Shown here in pieces: positions 53,494 through 63,439 of a stretch of 64,000 bases of DNA; the stretch's first letter is position 1; every line of letters starts with the position of its first letter. The notes beneath the pieces were generated by a model, which had not been told where the DNA came from, made no database searches, and was given only the letters and a program-made list of their open reading frames with translations. Location: NCBI GenBank assembly GCA_020199905.1, contig JAIVJS010000075.1, positions 4,521-68,520 of the forward strand, read 5' to 3'. The DNA is from Acidobacteriota bacterium (lineage in GTDB: Bacteria; Acidobacteriota; Thermoanaerobaculia; UBA5066; Gp7-AA6). A program made the position numbers and the translations under genes.

Positions 53494-54459
53494 TTGGAGC
53501 TTCGTCATCTGCGCTATTTCGTAGCTGTCGCCGAAGAAACACACTTCGGTCGTGCCGCTGTTCGGCTAAACACGTCGCAGCCGTCTGTCAGCCAGCAGAT
53601 CAAGATTCTGGAAAGAGAGCTCAACGTCTCGCTCCTGGTCCGCACGCGGCCGCGCGTGCAGCTGACCCCCGCCGGTCGGCGCTTCCTGGAAGTAGCGCAG
53701 GGCATTCTGGCGTCGGCGGAGCAAGCGGGGGCCGTCGCGCGAGAGACTGCCCGGGGCGACTCGCGGAAGATCGTGCTGGGGATCTCGGTGACGTCGGATT
53801 GGGATCTGATTGGCAAGACGCGCCGGCGCTTCGTCGAACGTGCTCCGGACGTGAAAATTCTGTTTCAAAACTTGAGTGAAGAATCTCAGGTCGCCGCGCT
53901 CCACGCCGGAGAGATCGACATCGGGTTCTGCTGTTTTCCGACACTCTCTCAAGGCTTGACGACGGAAATCACCGGTCGCGAGAGAATGATGGTCGCCCTC
54001 CCGGCGGGCCACCGTTTTGCCCGGCGGCGCACTGTGCGGCTCGAGGACCTGGTCGACGAACCGTACAGTCTCTGGCCGAGGCACTTCTCCCCCGGATGCT
54101 ACGATCACCTGCTCAATGTCTTTCGCAACGCTGGTTTCGGGCCGCCCCTCGACGTCGCAGGTGACCTTCCGCCCGCCCGAACCATCCTCGGGATGGTCGC
54201 GGCGGGCCTCATCATCGCGCTTGTGATTCCTGAGGGCGACCGGGCACGTACGCGCGGATTCGTTCTCAAGCAGACCACGGAACCCGGCATCTTTCATGAA
54301 ACCGCGGTCATCTACCGGCGCGGCGTGGAGTCGGAGACGTTGATTCCCTTTTTGCAACAGCTGCGCCTGGTCCTGGCAGAGCGTGATCCAAACCGAACGG
54401 GCCGCGTTCCCTCGCGTCCAGGGATCTCGCGGCCTCGGACGGCGAACCGCGCACGCTAG
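53494..54459 (+). CDS. LysR family transcriptional regulator
   Basis: N-terminal wHTH MELRHLRYFVAVAEETHFGRAAVRLNTSQPSVSQQIKILERELNVSLLVRTRPRVQLTPAGRRF. C-terminal substrate-binding domain. 321 aa. Confidence 0.9.
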   Translation: MELRHLRYFVAVAEETHFGRAAVRLNTSQPSVSQQIKILERELNVSLLVRTRPRVQLTPAGRRFLEVAQGILASAEQAGAVARETARGDSRKIVLGISVTSDWDLIGKTRRRFVERAPDVKILFQNLSEESQVAALHAGEIDIGFCCFPTLSQGLTTEITGRERMMVALPAGHRFARRRTVRLEDLVDEPYSLWPRHFSPGCYDHLLNVFRNAGFGPPLDVAGDLPPARTILGMVAAGLIIALVIPEGDRARTRGFVLKQTTEPGIFHETAVIYRRGVESETLIPFLQQLRLVLAERDPNRTGRVPSRPGISRPRTANRAR

Positions 54460-54760
54460 GGCGGGAAGAGAGTCTCGATCGCGGAGATCGTGACCAGGAA
54501 GAGGGCCCCGGTCGGCGCAGCCGACGCGGCAGCCGGAGGGTGAACGGGGACGAATGGTGGCGACTCCCGAGAAGGCGGGCTGCCTCGCTGCAAAGGAAAT
54601 GAACGAACCCACGGCGAAGCTCGGGTGGTGGCGGACCACTCTGTCCGAAGATTGTCCGGGAGTTGTCCGCGAACTGACGCGGAACGTCGCGGAAGCGGAG
54701 AGTGAGAAAACCGAAAAACTTCCGAAAGCCTCGTGGTTTTCCTCTCGTAAGCATCGTGAG

Positions 54761-54839
<79 letters not shown>

Positions 54840-54973
54840 AGTCGAAGAGCGCGAATCATACACAGGTCCGGCGGTCCCTGCTACACTCGCGGGCTTCGGA
54901 AAACCCGGCCGCATTCGCCGCCCGCCCGGCCAGAGGGCGGAGCCGATGACGCCGACATCGGGGGCCTCGACGC

Positions 54974-55774
54974 ATGAATCCAGGGCGCGCGCGGACATCG
55001 GCCGGAGGACGCCTCCTCGTGTCGTGCTCCGGGCTCGTGATGCTCCTCGTTCTCTGGAGCGCGGCGATCGCGCTCGCCGGAAATACGCTTCTTCCGAGCC
55101 CGTGGAGCGTCGCGGCCGCGATCGCGGAGCTCGCGCAGAAAGGGTTTCTCGTCAAACACGTCGTCGCCTCGCTCTTCCGCGTCACGTGGGGATACCTGAT
55201 GGCCGTCGTCGTCGGAGTGCCCCTGGGGATCTTCCTCGGCTGGCGCCGCCGCGCGGAGATGGCGCTCGCGCCGCTGCTCGAGCTGCTGCGGCCGATCTCT
55301 CCCCTCGCCTGGATCCCCATCGCGATACTCTGGTTCGGTGTGGGAGATCTCGCCGCGATCTTCATCATCTTCCTCGCCTCGATTCTTCCTCTGATTCTCA
55401 CGGCCATGAACGCCGTCGGAAGCGTCACGGCGACGCACTGGAACGCCGGGCGCAACTTCGGGCTCTCTCCGGTCGATCTGGCGCGAAAGGTCCTCGCTCC
55501 CGCGATCCTCCCGCAACTCATCGTCGGCCTCCGGTTGACGCTCGGAATCGCGTGGCTCGTGGTCGTCGCCGCGGAGATGATCGCCGTCAACTCGGGGCTG
55601 GGGTTTTTGATCATCGACGCGCGCAACGCCGGCAACCGATATGACCTGGTCGTGGCCGGCATGGTCCTGATCGGGTTGATCGGCGTCGGCCTCGACTCCG
55701 CGATGCGCCGTCTCGAGCGCCTGCCCGCGGCGAGCTGGGGCTACCAGACTCCCGTCGAAGCGGAGGCGGCGTGA
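54974..55774 (+). CDS. ABC transporter permease (NitT/TauT family, SsuC/TauC-like)
   Basis: 6 TM. EAA-like loop and characteristic LELLRPISPLAWIPIAILWFG and AVNSGLGFLIIDARNAGNRYDLV motifs. Confidence 0.85.
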   Translation: MNPGRARTSAGGRLLVSCSGLVMLLVLWSAAIALAGNTLLPSPWSVAAAIAELAQKGFLVKHVVASLFRVTWGYLMAVVVGVPLGIFLGWRRRAEMALAPLLELLRPISPLAWIPIAILWFGVGDLAAIFIIFLASILPLILTAMNAVGSVTATHWNAGRNFGLSPVDLARKVLAPAILPQLIVGLRLTLGIAWLVVVAAEMIAVNSGLGFLIIDARNAGNRYDLVVAGMVLIGLIGVGLDSAMRRLERLPAASWGYQTPVEAEAA

Positions 55775-56550
55775 AGCCGGCGGCGGAGCTCGTGCCCGAC
55801 CGCGCGAAGCTCTCGATCCGAGGGCTCGAGATGACATTCCGCGCCGAGGGTAAGGAAACGCGTGTTCTTCACGACATCGACCTGGACGTCCGCGAGGGAG
55901 AGCTCGTCTGCATCCTCGGGCCGTCCGGCTGCGGCAAGTCGACGCTCTTGAACATCGTCGGGGGTTTCCTGACGCCGACGGCGGGATCCGTCACGATCGA
56001 CGGGGAGCCGGTGTCCGGCCCCGATCCGCGGCGGATCTTCGTGTTCCAGGAGCGCGGGGTCTTCCCCTGGTTGACGGTCGAGGGAAACATCGGCTTCGGG
56101 CTTGGGCGGCTCCCCGAGGCGGAGCGGGCGAAGCGCATCGCCCATTACGTCGGCCTCGTCGGGCTCACCGGGTTCGAGAAGGCTTATCCCCAGGAGCTCT
56201 CGGGCGGAATGAAGCAGCGTGTCGAAGTCGCGCGCGCCCTCGCGGTCAACCCCGACATGCTCTATCTCGACGAGCCGTTCGGCGCGCTCGACTCGATCAC
56301 GCGGCTCGTCATGCGGTCCGAGCTCCTGCGGATCTGGGGCGCCGAGAGGAAGACGATTCTCTTCGTGACCCACGACATCGACGAATCCGTTCAGCTCGCC
56401 GATCGCGTGATCGTGATGTCCGCGAGGCCCGCAACGATCCGCCGGGTCGTCACGATCGATCTGCCTCATCCCCGCGACCTCTCGTCCCGGCGATATCTCG
56501 AGCTGCGCGACGGCATCTTCGAAGAGATCGGCCTGGCGCACCGCATCTGA
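55771..56550 (+). CDS. ABC transporter ATP-binding protein (NitT/TauT family)
   Basis: GTG overlaps the permease stop (GTGA). Walker A GPSGCGKST. Signature LSGGMKQR. Walker B LYLDEPFGALD. H-loop FVTHD. Confidence 0.9.
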   Translation: MKPAAELVPDRAKLSIRGLEMTFRAEGKETRVLHDIDLDVREGELVCILGPSGCGKSTLLNIVGGFLTPTAGSVTIDGEPVSGPDPRRIFVFQERGVFPWLTVEGNIGFGLGRLPEAERAKRIAHYVGLVGLTGFEKAYPQELSGGMKQRVEVARALAVNPDMLYLDEPFGALDSITRLVMRSELLRIWGAERKTILFVTHDIDESVQLADRVIVMSARPATIRRVVTIDLPHPRDLSSRRYLELRDGIFEEIGLAHRI

Positions 56551-56565
56551 CGGACCTCACGAACC

Positions 56566-57333
56566 GTGGTGTCGCGCTCGTTCGAAAGGATCCTCTGGCC
56601 CGCGCTCACGGCGGTCCTCGCTCTCGTGGTCTGGCACTTCGCGGTCCGGTGGACGAAAACGTCGGTCTTTCCCCCTCCTCTGGCCGTCGCGGCGGGCTTC
56701 GCCGAGCTCGCGCGCCGCGGCGTGCTCTTCCGCTATGCGGCCGACTCCCTCTTCCGCGTGGTCTCGGGCTACGGGCTGGCGCTGGCGCTCGGGATTCCGA
56801 CCGGACTGCTTCTCGGCTGGTCTCCCACCGGCGCCCGGGCCGCCAATCCGGTGATCCAGCTGCTGCGGCCCATCAGCCCGCTCGCGTGGATCCCGGTCTC
56901 GATCGTCCTCTTCGGCATCTCGAACTTCGCGACGATCTTCCTGATCTTTCTGGCGTCGTTCTTCCCGATCGTCGTGGCCACCATGAACGGCGTTCGGGCG
57001 ATCCCGGTGATGTATCTGCTCGCGGGTCAGAACTTCGACCTCTCGCCGGCCGAGCGTCTCTGGCGCGTGATGCTTCCGGCGGCCCTCCCGCAGGTGCTGA
57101 CCGGACTCCGGATCGCGCTCGGGATCGCCTGGCTCGTGGTCGTCGCCGCCGAAATGATCGCCGTGGACTCCGGCCTCGGCTACCTGGTGATCGACTCGCG
57201 CAATGCCGGAAAGCGCTATGACCTCGTCGTCGCGGCGATGATCCTGATCGGCGTGATCGGGGTCGGCCTGAACGTCCTCATGCGCCGGGTCGAGCGGCTG
57301 CGCTCGGTCCGGTGGGGCTTCCGCGCGGCATGA
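56566..57333 (+). CDS. ABC transporter permease (NitT/TauT family), second copy
   Basis: Paralogous to 54974-55774 (IQLLRPISPLAWIPVSIVLFG, AVDSGLGYLVIDSRNAGKRYDLV). Confidence 0.85.
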   Translation: MVSRSFERILWPALTAVLALVVWHFAVRWTKTSVFPPPLAVAAGFAELARRGVLFRYAADSLFRVVSGYGLALALGIPTGLLLGWSPTGARAANPVIQLLRPISPLAWIPVSIVLFGISNFATIFLIFLASFFPIVVATMNGVRAIPVMYLLAGQNFDLSPAERLWRVMLPAALPQVLTGLRIALGIAWLVVVAAEMIAVDSGLGYLVIDSRNAGKRYDLVVAAMILIGVIGVGLNVLMRRVERLRSVRWGFRAA

Positions 57334-58436
57334 GCGCGGCCCCGCGCCCCCCGGAAGTTCCCCGCGAGCGGCGGCCGGTCCGCATCGGACGGCGTCTGGC
57401 CGTCGGAGCCCTCCTCTGGACGGCCGCGCTGACCGGAGCGCACATGGCGCTGAACGTCGACTGGTCTTCCATCGTGAACCAGCGGCTGCCCCCTTCTCAG
57501 CGGAAGTTGAACGTGGCGTACATCCCGGTGACCTGCCACCTCGCGTGCCCCGTGACGGATTTCATCTCGCGATATTCCCTCGCGGGGAATCTCTTCATCC
57601 CCCGCATGTTCCAGGGATTTCCGGAGATCAAGGAGGCGCTGATCTCCAACCGCATGCAGGTGGGATTCATGGTCGCTCCGATGGCGATCGCGCTCCGCGC
57701 GCAGGGCGTGCCGATCAGGATCGTCTATCTCGGTCACCGGTACGGCAGCGCCGTCGTCGTGCAGAAGGACGGACCCATCCAATCCGTGAAGGACCTGCGG
57801 GGACGCATCATCGCGATTCCCAGCCGGTTCTCCGACGAACGGCTCATCGTCTTCAAGGCCCTGAAGGCCAACGGCATCCCGCCCGGGAACGTGCGGCTGA
57901 TCGAGATGGCGCCGCCCGACGTCGCGGGAGCGCTCGCGGCGAAGGCCATCGACGCCTTCTCCATGGGCGAGCCGTATCCCGCGCAGGCGGAGATCGGCGG
58001 CTTCGGCCGCATCCTCTTTCCGGCCCGCGAGTACTGGCCCGACTACATGTCCTGTGTCGTCGTCGTGCGGCAGGACGTCATCGACACGCGCCCGGACGCC
58101 GTGCAGGTGCTCGTCGACGGGATCGCGCGCTCGGGCCTCTGGCTGGACGAAGGCAAGCCCCACCGCGAGCACGCCGCGGACTTCGTCGGCCGCTACTATT
58201 ACCGTCAGCCCCCCGCCCTGCTTCGCCACGCGCTGACGATGCCGCTCGACCGCGTCACATACACTAGCCTCTCGCCGCGGAAGCCGGACTTCGACATGGT
58301 CCGGGACCTGATGATCGAGACGGGCGTCCTCGACTGGAAGATCCCGTTCTCGGAGTACGTCGACACCCGCTTCGCCGACGCGGCCGGGCGCCAGACGGCG
58401 TGGAAGTACGAGCCCGGCAGCGGAAAGGCGGAATAG
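57330..58436 (+). CDS. ABC transporter periplasmic substrate-binding protein (NMT1/SsuA/TauA-like)
   Basis: ATG overlaps the permease stop (ATGA). Signal then KLNVAYIPVTCHLA, VGFMVAPMAIALRAQGVPIRIV and GRIIAIPSRFSDERL motifs typical of NitT/TauT SBPs. Confidence 0.75.
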   Translation: MSAAPRPPEVPRERRPVRIGRRLAVGALLWTAALTGAHMALNVDWSSIVNQRLPPSQRKLNVAYIPVTCHLACPVTDFISRYSLAGNLFIPRMFQGFPEIKEALISNRMQVGFMVAPMAIALRAQGVPIRIVYLGHRYGSAVVVQKDGPIQSVKDLRGRIIAIPSRFSDERLIVFKALKANGIPPGNVRLIEMAPPDVAGALAAKAIDAFSMGEPYPAQAEIGGFGRILFPAREYWPDYMSCVVVVRQDVIDTRPDAVQVLVDGIARSGLWLDEGKPHREHAADFVGRYYYRQPPALLRHALTMPLDRVTYTSLSPRKPDFDMVRDLMIETGVLDWKIPFSEYVDTRFADAAGRQTAWKYEPGSGKAE

Positions 58437-58503
58437 TTCTCAGTTGTCAGTTCTCAGTCCTCAGTTCGGTCCCACATGAACTGAAAACTGATGACTGACA
58501 GCT
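58436..58503. repeat. Heptamer-built palindromic intergenic element (TCAGTTN arm, loop, AACTGAN arm)
   Basis: GTTGTCAGTTCTCAGTCCTCAGTTC - GGTCCCACAT - GAACTGAAAACTGATGACTGACAGC. The arms are near-exact reverse complements (~25 bp). Confidence 0.6.
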
Positions 58504-58509
58504 TTCACC

Positions 58510-59898
58510 ATGCGCGACACGACGTTCGGAGAGGAGCCCCGCCTCGAGCGGGCGCTTTCGACGACGGACTCCGTTCTCGTCACGGTCGGTGCGACCCTCG
58601 GGACCGGCATCTTCCTCACGACTTCGGAGATCGCGAAGGCCGTTCCGGACCCGCGCGGCATTCTCCTTCTGTGGCTCGGGGGCGGCATCCTCGCGCTGGC
58701 GGGCGCGCTGACGTATGCGGAGCTCGGCGCGATGTTTCCCCGCGCGGGCGGGCAGTATCACTACGTCAAAGAGGCCTACGGCCCGCTCTTCGGGTTTCTG
58801 TACGGCTGGGGCGCCTTCTTCGTGATGATGACGGGCGGGATCGCCGTGCTCGCCGTCGGGTTCGGCGAGTACCTCGGCGCGTTCCTCCCGTTTTTTTCGA
58901 GCGCGCACCGGCTCTGGAGCGTTCCCCTCGGATCCTTCGTCTGGACCGCGACCGGCGCCCAGCTCGCGGGGGCGATCGCGATCGCCGGTCTGACCGCGAT
59001 CAACTACGCCGGCGTTCGTGCGGGAACGCGGTTTCAGAACGCCATCACCGCCGCGAAGATTCTGTCCCTCCTCCTCCTCGGCGTCCTGGGACTCTTCCTT
59101 CCGGCGCGGCCGGGCGCGTTCGCGACCACGGGTTCGCTCTTTCCGACGGGCTTCGCCGCGGCAGGCGTCGGCATGATCGCCGTGCTGTGGACATACGACG
59201 GCTGGTACGGCGCCACGTTTCTCGCCGGTGAGATGAGAAACCCGGAGAAGTCGCTCCCGATCGGTCTGATCGTCGGGACCGCGGCCGTCACTGGCATCTA
59301 CCTTCTCGTCAACGTCGTGTACCTCCGCGCGCTGCCTGTTCCCGTGCTGGCGAAGACGCCGCGGGTCGCCGAGGCGAGCGCGCTCGCCCTCTTCGGCCCC
59401 GGAGGCGGTCGGCTCATCACGACCCTCGTGCTCATCTCGATCTTCGGGTGCCTGGCAACGACGGTCCTCTACTGCGCCCGGATCTACCTGCCGATGTCGC
59501 GCGACGGCCTGTTCTTCGAAGCGCTCGGGCGCGTCCATCCGCAGCATCACACCCCGGGCGCGAGCCTGATCGCTCAGGGCGCGTGGGGCATCGCCCTGAC
59601 GTTCTCGGGGACATACGAGCAGCTCTACACGTACGTGATCTTCGCTATCTTCCTCTTCCACGCCGTGACGGGCGTCGCGGTCATCGTGCTCCGCCGCAGC
59701 CGGCCGGGCGAGCCGCGGCCCTTCCGGGTCCCTGGATATCCCTGGATCCCGCTCGTCTTCGTGGCCGTGTGCCTCGTCTTCGTGGGAAACACGCTGCTCG
59801 AGAAACCGGTCGAGTCCGTCATCGGCCTCGCCATCCTCGTCGCCGGCCTTCCAGCGTACGTCTGGTGGCGCCGGAGCGGCGCCGCGCGGGCGGCCTGA
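58510..59898 (+). CDS. APC superfamily amino acid permease
   Basis: 462 aa, 12 TM. N-terminal LSTTDSVLVTVGATLGTGIFLT and GGILALAGALTYAELGAMFP consensus of amino acid/polyamine transporters. Confidence 0.85.
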   Translation: MRDTTFGEEPRLERALSTTDSVLVTVGATLGTGIFLTTSEIAKAVPDPRGILLLWLGGGILALAGALTYAELGAMFPRAGGQYHYVKEAYGPLFGFLYGWGAFFVMMTGGIAVLAVGFGEYLGAFLPFFSSAHRLWSVPLGSFVWTATGAQLAGAIAIAGLTAINYAGVRAGTRFQNAITAAKILSLLLLGVLGLFLPARPGAFATTGSLFPTGFAAAGVGMIAVLWTYDGWYGATFLAGEMRNPEKSLPIGLIVGTAAVTGIYLLVNVVYLRALPVPVLAKTPRVAEASALALFGPGGGRLITTLVLISIFGCLATTVLYCARIYLPMSRDGLFFEALGRVHPQHHTPGASLIAQGAWGIALTFSGTYEQLYTYVIFAIFLFHAVTGVAVIVLRRSRPGEPRPFRVPGYPWIPLVFVAVCLVFVGNTLLEKPVESVIGLAILVAGLPAYVWWRRSGAARAA

Positions 59899-59900
59899 GC

Positions 59901-60968
59901 GTGGACGGCACTGCGCTCGTCCTCTGCGGCACCCAATTTCGGACCGACAACGGGAAGACGGCGCACGGGCTGGTCCGCGGGACGGAGCGCTATCGCATCG
60001 TCGGGATCGTCGACTCCTCCTGCCCCGGCGAGGACGCCGGCCGCCTGCTCGATGGCGTCCCGCGCGGCATTCCCGTATTCGCCTCGATCCCCGACGCTCT
60101 GGACGCTTTACCCGACCGTCCCGATTTCGCGGTCGTCGGGATCGCCACGTCCGGCGGGCGCATCCCGCCGGAGATCAAAGCCGCCATCGCCGAGGCGATC
60201 GACTCCGGCCTCTCGATCGTCAACGGCCTGCACGATCCGGTCTCCGACGACCCCGCCCTGGCGGAAGCCGCGCGCCGCCGCGGGGTCTCGATCACCGACG
60301 TTCGCCGGCCGCGCCCGATCTCGGAGCTGCACTTCTGGACGGGCGAGATCCGCAAACTGGCAACTCCGCGGATCGCGGTTCTCGGAACCGACTGCGCCGT
60401 CGGAAAGCGCACGACCGCTCGCCTGCTGACCGAGGCGTGCCGGCGATCGGGCCTGCGCGCCGAGATGGTCTTCACGGGACAGACCGGGTGGCTCCAGGGC
60501 GGCCGGTGGGGATTCCTGCTCGACGCCACGCCGAACGACTTCGTGTCGGGCGAGCTCGAGCGAGCCGTCCTCGCCTGCGCCCGCGAGGCGCGGCCCGACG
60601 TCATCTTCCTCGAAGGCCAGTCTTCGCTGCGCAACCCCTCCGGCCCCTGCGGCTCCGAGCTTCTGCTCTCCGGGGGGGCGCGCGCCGCCGTTCTGCAGCA
60701 TGCGCCGGCCCGAGTCGAGTTCGAAGGCTTCGAGGGCATGGGATTTCCCATTCCTGCCGTCGAGGACGAGATCGCGCTGATCGAGTCGTACGGCGCCCGC
60801 ACCGTCGGCGTGGCGCTCAACACGCACGGCCTCGAGGGCGACCGGCGCGAGGAGGTCCGGGACGCCCTCGCCGCCCGGCTCGGCATTCCCGTCGTCTGCC
60901 CGCTCGAGGACGGCGTCGAGCCGCTCGTCGCCGCGGTCCGCAAGTTCGTCGTGGAAGAGAACGCGTGA
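59901..60968 (+). CDS. DUF1611 domain protein (commonly encoded next to dipeptide epimerases)
   Basis: GTG start 3 nt after the permease stop. Rossmann-like N-domain and P-loop-like AVLGTDCAVGKRTTA. 355 aa. Confidence 0.65.
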   Translation: MDGTALVLCGTQFRTDNGKTAHGLVRGTERYRIVGIVDSSCPGEDAGRLLDGVPRGIPVFASIPDALDALPDRPDFAVVGIATSGGRIPPEIKAAIAEAIDSGLSIVNGLHDPVSDDPALAEAARRRGVSITDVRRPRPISELHFWTGEIRKLATPRIAVLGTDCAVGKRTTARLLTEACRRSGLRAEMVFTGQTGWLQGGRWGFLLDATPNDFVSGELERAVLACAREARPDVIFLEGQSSLRNPSGPCGSELLLSGGARAAVLQHAPARVEFEGFEGMGFPIPAVEDEIALIESYGARTVGVALNTHGLEGDRREEVRDALAARLGIPVVCPLEDGVEPLVAAVRKFVVEENA

Positions 60969-62026
60969 AGATCCTGGGCACGCGGGCTCGCCGGGAACGC
61001 GTGCCTCTGCGGCTGCCGTACCGCGTCGCGGGAAGGACCACCGAGGCGGTCGAGATGTTTCTCCTCGAGGTCGAGACCGACGACCGCGGCGCCGGCCTCG
61101 GCGCCGCGACTCCGGAAGCCGCGATCACGGGCGAGACGGTGGAGGCGTGCTCGGAGGCCCTCTCCGAGAGCTCCCTCGACTGGCTGAGCGGACAGGACGT
61201 CCTCCGCCTCGGCGCTCTCTGCCAGGAGGCGGGACGGCGCATGCGCTCGACCCCAGGTGCGCTGGCGGCCGTCGACATGGCGCTTCACGACCTTTACGCG
61301 CGCCGGCTCGGGGTTCCGCTGGCCGACGCGCTCGGGCGCGTGCACGCCAGCCTGCCCACCTCCGTCACGATCGGCATCCAGGCCCGTGACGAGGCGGTCG
61401 CGCTTGCCGAGGAGCTCGTCGGGCGCGGCTTCCGTATCCTGAAGGTGAAGGTCGGGGAAGCGCTCGAAGAGGACACCGCGCTGATCCGCCGCCTGCACGA
61501 GCGCTTCGGCTCGTCGGTGCGGCTGCGCGCCGACGCGAACGTCGGGTACACACCCGCCGAAGCCGTCCGGTTCCTGGAAGCCGCTGGCGACGCCGTCGAA
61601 TTTCTGGAACAGCCCGTGCCCCGCGAGAACGACGGACTGAGGCGGATGCCGGAGCGCTGGCGCTCCCGCATCGCGGCCGACGAGAGCCTCCTGGACGAGC
61701 GGGACGCGCTGACGCTGGCCGCCGGTGTCCCCGCGTGCGGCATTTTCAACATCAAGCTGATGAAGAGCGGCGGGATCCGCCCCGCTCTCAGGATCGCGGC
61801 GATCGCCGACGCGGCCGGGATCGAGCTGATGTGGGGGTGCATGGACGAGAGCGTGATCGGAATCGCGGCGGCGCTTCACGCGGCCCTCGCCTGCCCCGCG
61901 ACCCGGTATCTCGATCTCGACGGCAGCTTCGATCTGGCGGAAGACCCGGCTCGCGGCGGGTTCACGGTCTCGGACGGCGAGATGACGGTGACGTCCGCGC
62001 CCGGCCTCGGAGTCGACCTGGTATGA
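60965..62026 (+). CDS. Dipeptide epimerase (L-Ala-D/L-Glu epimerase-like, enolase superfamily MR/MLE)
   Basis: GTG overlaps the upstream stop (GTGA). Metal/catalytic residues in KVKVG, RADANVGYT, EQPV, IKLMKSGG, CMDES context typical of MLE-subgroup enolases. Confidence 0.8.
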   Translation: MKILGTRARRERVPLRLPYRVAGRTTEAVEMFLLEVETDDRGAGLGAATPEAAITGETVEACSEALSESSLDWLSGQDVLRLGALCQEAGRRMRSTPGALAAVDMALHDLYARRLGVPLADALGRVHASLPTSVTIGIQARDEAVALAEELVGRGFRILKVKVGEALEEDTALIRRLHERFGSSVRLRADANVGYTPAEAVRFLEAAGDAVEFLEQPVPRENDGLRRMPERWRSRIAADESLLDERDALTLAAGVPACGIFNIKLMKSGGIRPALRIAAIADAAGIELMWGCMDESVIGIAAALHAALACPATRYLDLDGSFDLAEDPARGGFTVSDGEMTVTSAPGLGVDLV

Positions 62027-62086
62027 CAAAACGTTTCTCGAGAGTCCGCACCGAGTCGTCTCCGGTTCCATCGTCCGGGAGGTCTC

Positions 62087-62811
62087 ATGAAAAGGCCCCG
62101 CCTCGTATCCCTGCTCGCGGCCGCCGCTCTCGCCGCCGCGTCCTCCGCCGGAGCCTCGGAGTGTCTGGTCATCACCGGGGCCTTTGTCTCGGACGGCTCC
62201 GGCAGACCGCTGCGGCGCGGGAGCATCCGCGTCTGCGGCGAGGAGATCCAGGCGGTCGGAACGTTCCGCCCGGGGCGCGAAGACCGCGTCGTCTCCGGGC
62301 GCGGCCTCGTCGCCGCGCCAGGATTCATCGACATCCACAATCACTCGACGGATGGCCTCGCCGAGGACCCTCTCGCCGAGAGCCAGATCTCGCAGCGCAT
62401 CACGACACTGGTCGTCGGCGCGGACGGAGAGTCGCCGTGGCCGCTCTCCGAGTACCTCGACGCGCGCCGCCAGCTTTCTCCTCCGTCAACGTGATGGCGG
62501 TCGTGGGTCACGCGGCGGTGCGCAGCCGCGTGATGGGAGAGAACTACAAGCGGGCCATGCCCGCGCTGCGGCTGAAGCTGGCCGACCGCGGGGTCCTGCG
62601 GCCCGGCGCGAAGGCGGACCTCGTCCTGTTCGACCCCGCGCGGATCGTCGACCGCTCCACCTTCGCGGCTCCGAAGGCCCTGTCCGAGGGGATCCGGCTC
62701 GTTCTCGTCAACGGCGAAGCCGTCTGGGAGGACGGAAAGGCGACCGGCCGCCGGCCCGGCCGCGTCCTCGTCTCAGCGGGAACGGCGGACGCGGCCCCTT
62801 CCCCCCGTTGA
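62087..62811 (+). pseudogene. Degraded N-acyl-D-amino-acid deacylase (D-aminoacylase, amidohydrolase family): frameshift plus ~250-codon internal deletion
   Basis: N-terminal signal and beta-sandwich with metal-site start GLVAAPGFIDIHNHSTDG...ITTLVVGADGES. ORF terminates at 62494. The +2 frame continues SVNVMAVVGHAAVRSRVMGENY, then jumps directly to the C-terminal motif KRAMPALRLKLADRGVLRPGAKADLVLFDP...GIRLVLVNGEAVWEDGKATGRRPGRVL. The TIM-barrel middle is missing. Confidence 0.55.
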
Positions 62812-62958
62812 AAAAGCTCTCAAAACGGCCCTCTGCGGGCGGTTTCCGCGGGCCTCTTGCCTCGCGGGTCGCGTGATATTCTGTGTTTCTACGATCCGTA
62901 CCGGGGAGCGGGCCGCTTCTGGTCATCTCCGCCGGTCTTCGGCGAGAAAGCGGGGCAC

Positions 62959-63154
62959 CATGGTCGAATACTTTATGAGGACCTGGTTCTGCAGGCACTG
63001 CGGTCGGTCGAACACGACCCCCGTGGCTCTCGACGGACGAGTCACGTGCGAGTTCTGCAAAGACGTCATCCGCATCCAGCCCAGCCGCGACCGCGGCGGC
63101 GAGACCGCGAGCCAGCTGTCGCGGGTCGGACCGACGAACCCGACCGGCGCCTGA
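62959..63154 (+). CDS. Small zinc-ribbon protein (64 aa)
   Basis: MVEYFMRTWFCRHCGRSNTTPVALDGRVTCEFCKDVIRIQPS with CxxC...CxxC. The listed ORF starts further upstream at 62873. Confidence 0.35.
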
Positions 63155-63196
63155 GGCGACTCGGCGCCCGATCCGCGGGATCGGGCGCCTGGTCGT

Positions 63197-63243
63197 AGCT
63201 GTCGGCTCTCGGCTCTCAGTTATCAGTTCTCAAGCGACGCTCG
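63197..63243. repeat. Heptamer-periodic intergenic element (TCGGCTC/TCAGTTN/CGACGCTC units)
   Basis: GTAGCTGTCGGCTCTCGGCTCTCAGTTATCAGTTCTCAAGCGACGCTCG. Same unit family as the other loci. Confidence 0.5.
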
Positions 63244-63439
63244 TGCGCCGTGGTCCTTCCTGATCCCTTTCTTTCGATTTCCTCCTCAGGCCTGCAGCAG
63301 CCTCCGCGACTTGATCTCCTCTAAGAGCGCCTCGATCCGGCGCTCCTAGGCGCCGGGCGACAGGTCGAAGTTGCGGGAAAGGGCACGACCTGGGATCATC
63401 GGTCGAGCGTCCCAGCCGGCGGCCCCTTAAGATGTGCCG

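Noticed and set aside
54555-54640. Possible second tRNA or structured RNA upstream of tRNA-Asp (revcomp ends ...GGGAGTCGCCACCA)
   Set aside because: No canonical T-loop (GTTCRANYC) or matching acceptor stem could be built. Likely fortuitous CCA.
59990-62344. 784-aa minus-strand ORF
   Set aside because: Antisense to DUF1611, the epimerase and the aminoacylase remnant. Low complexity.
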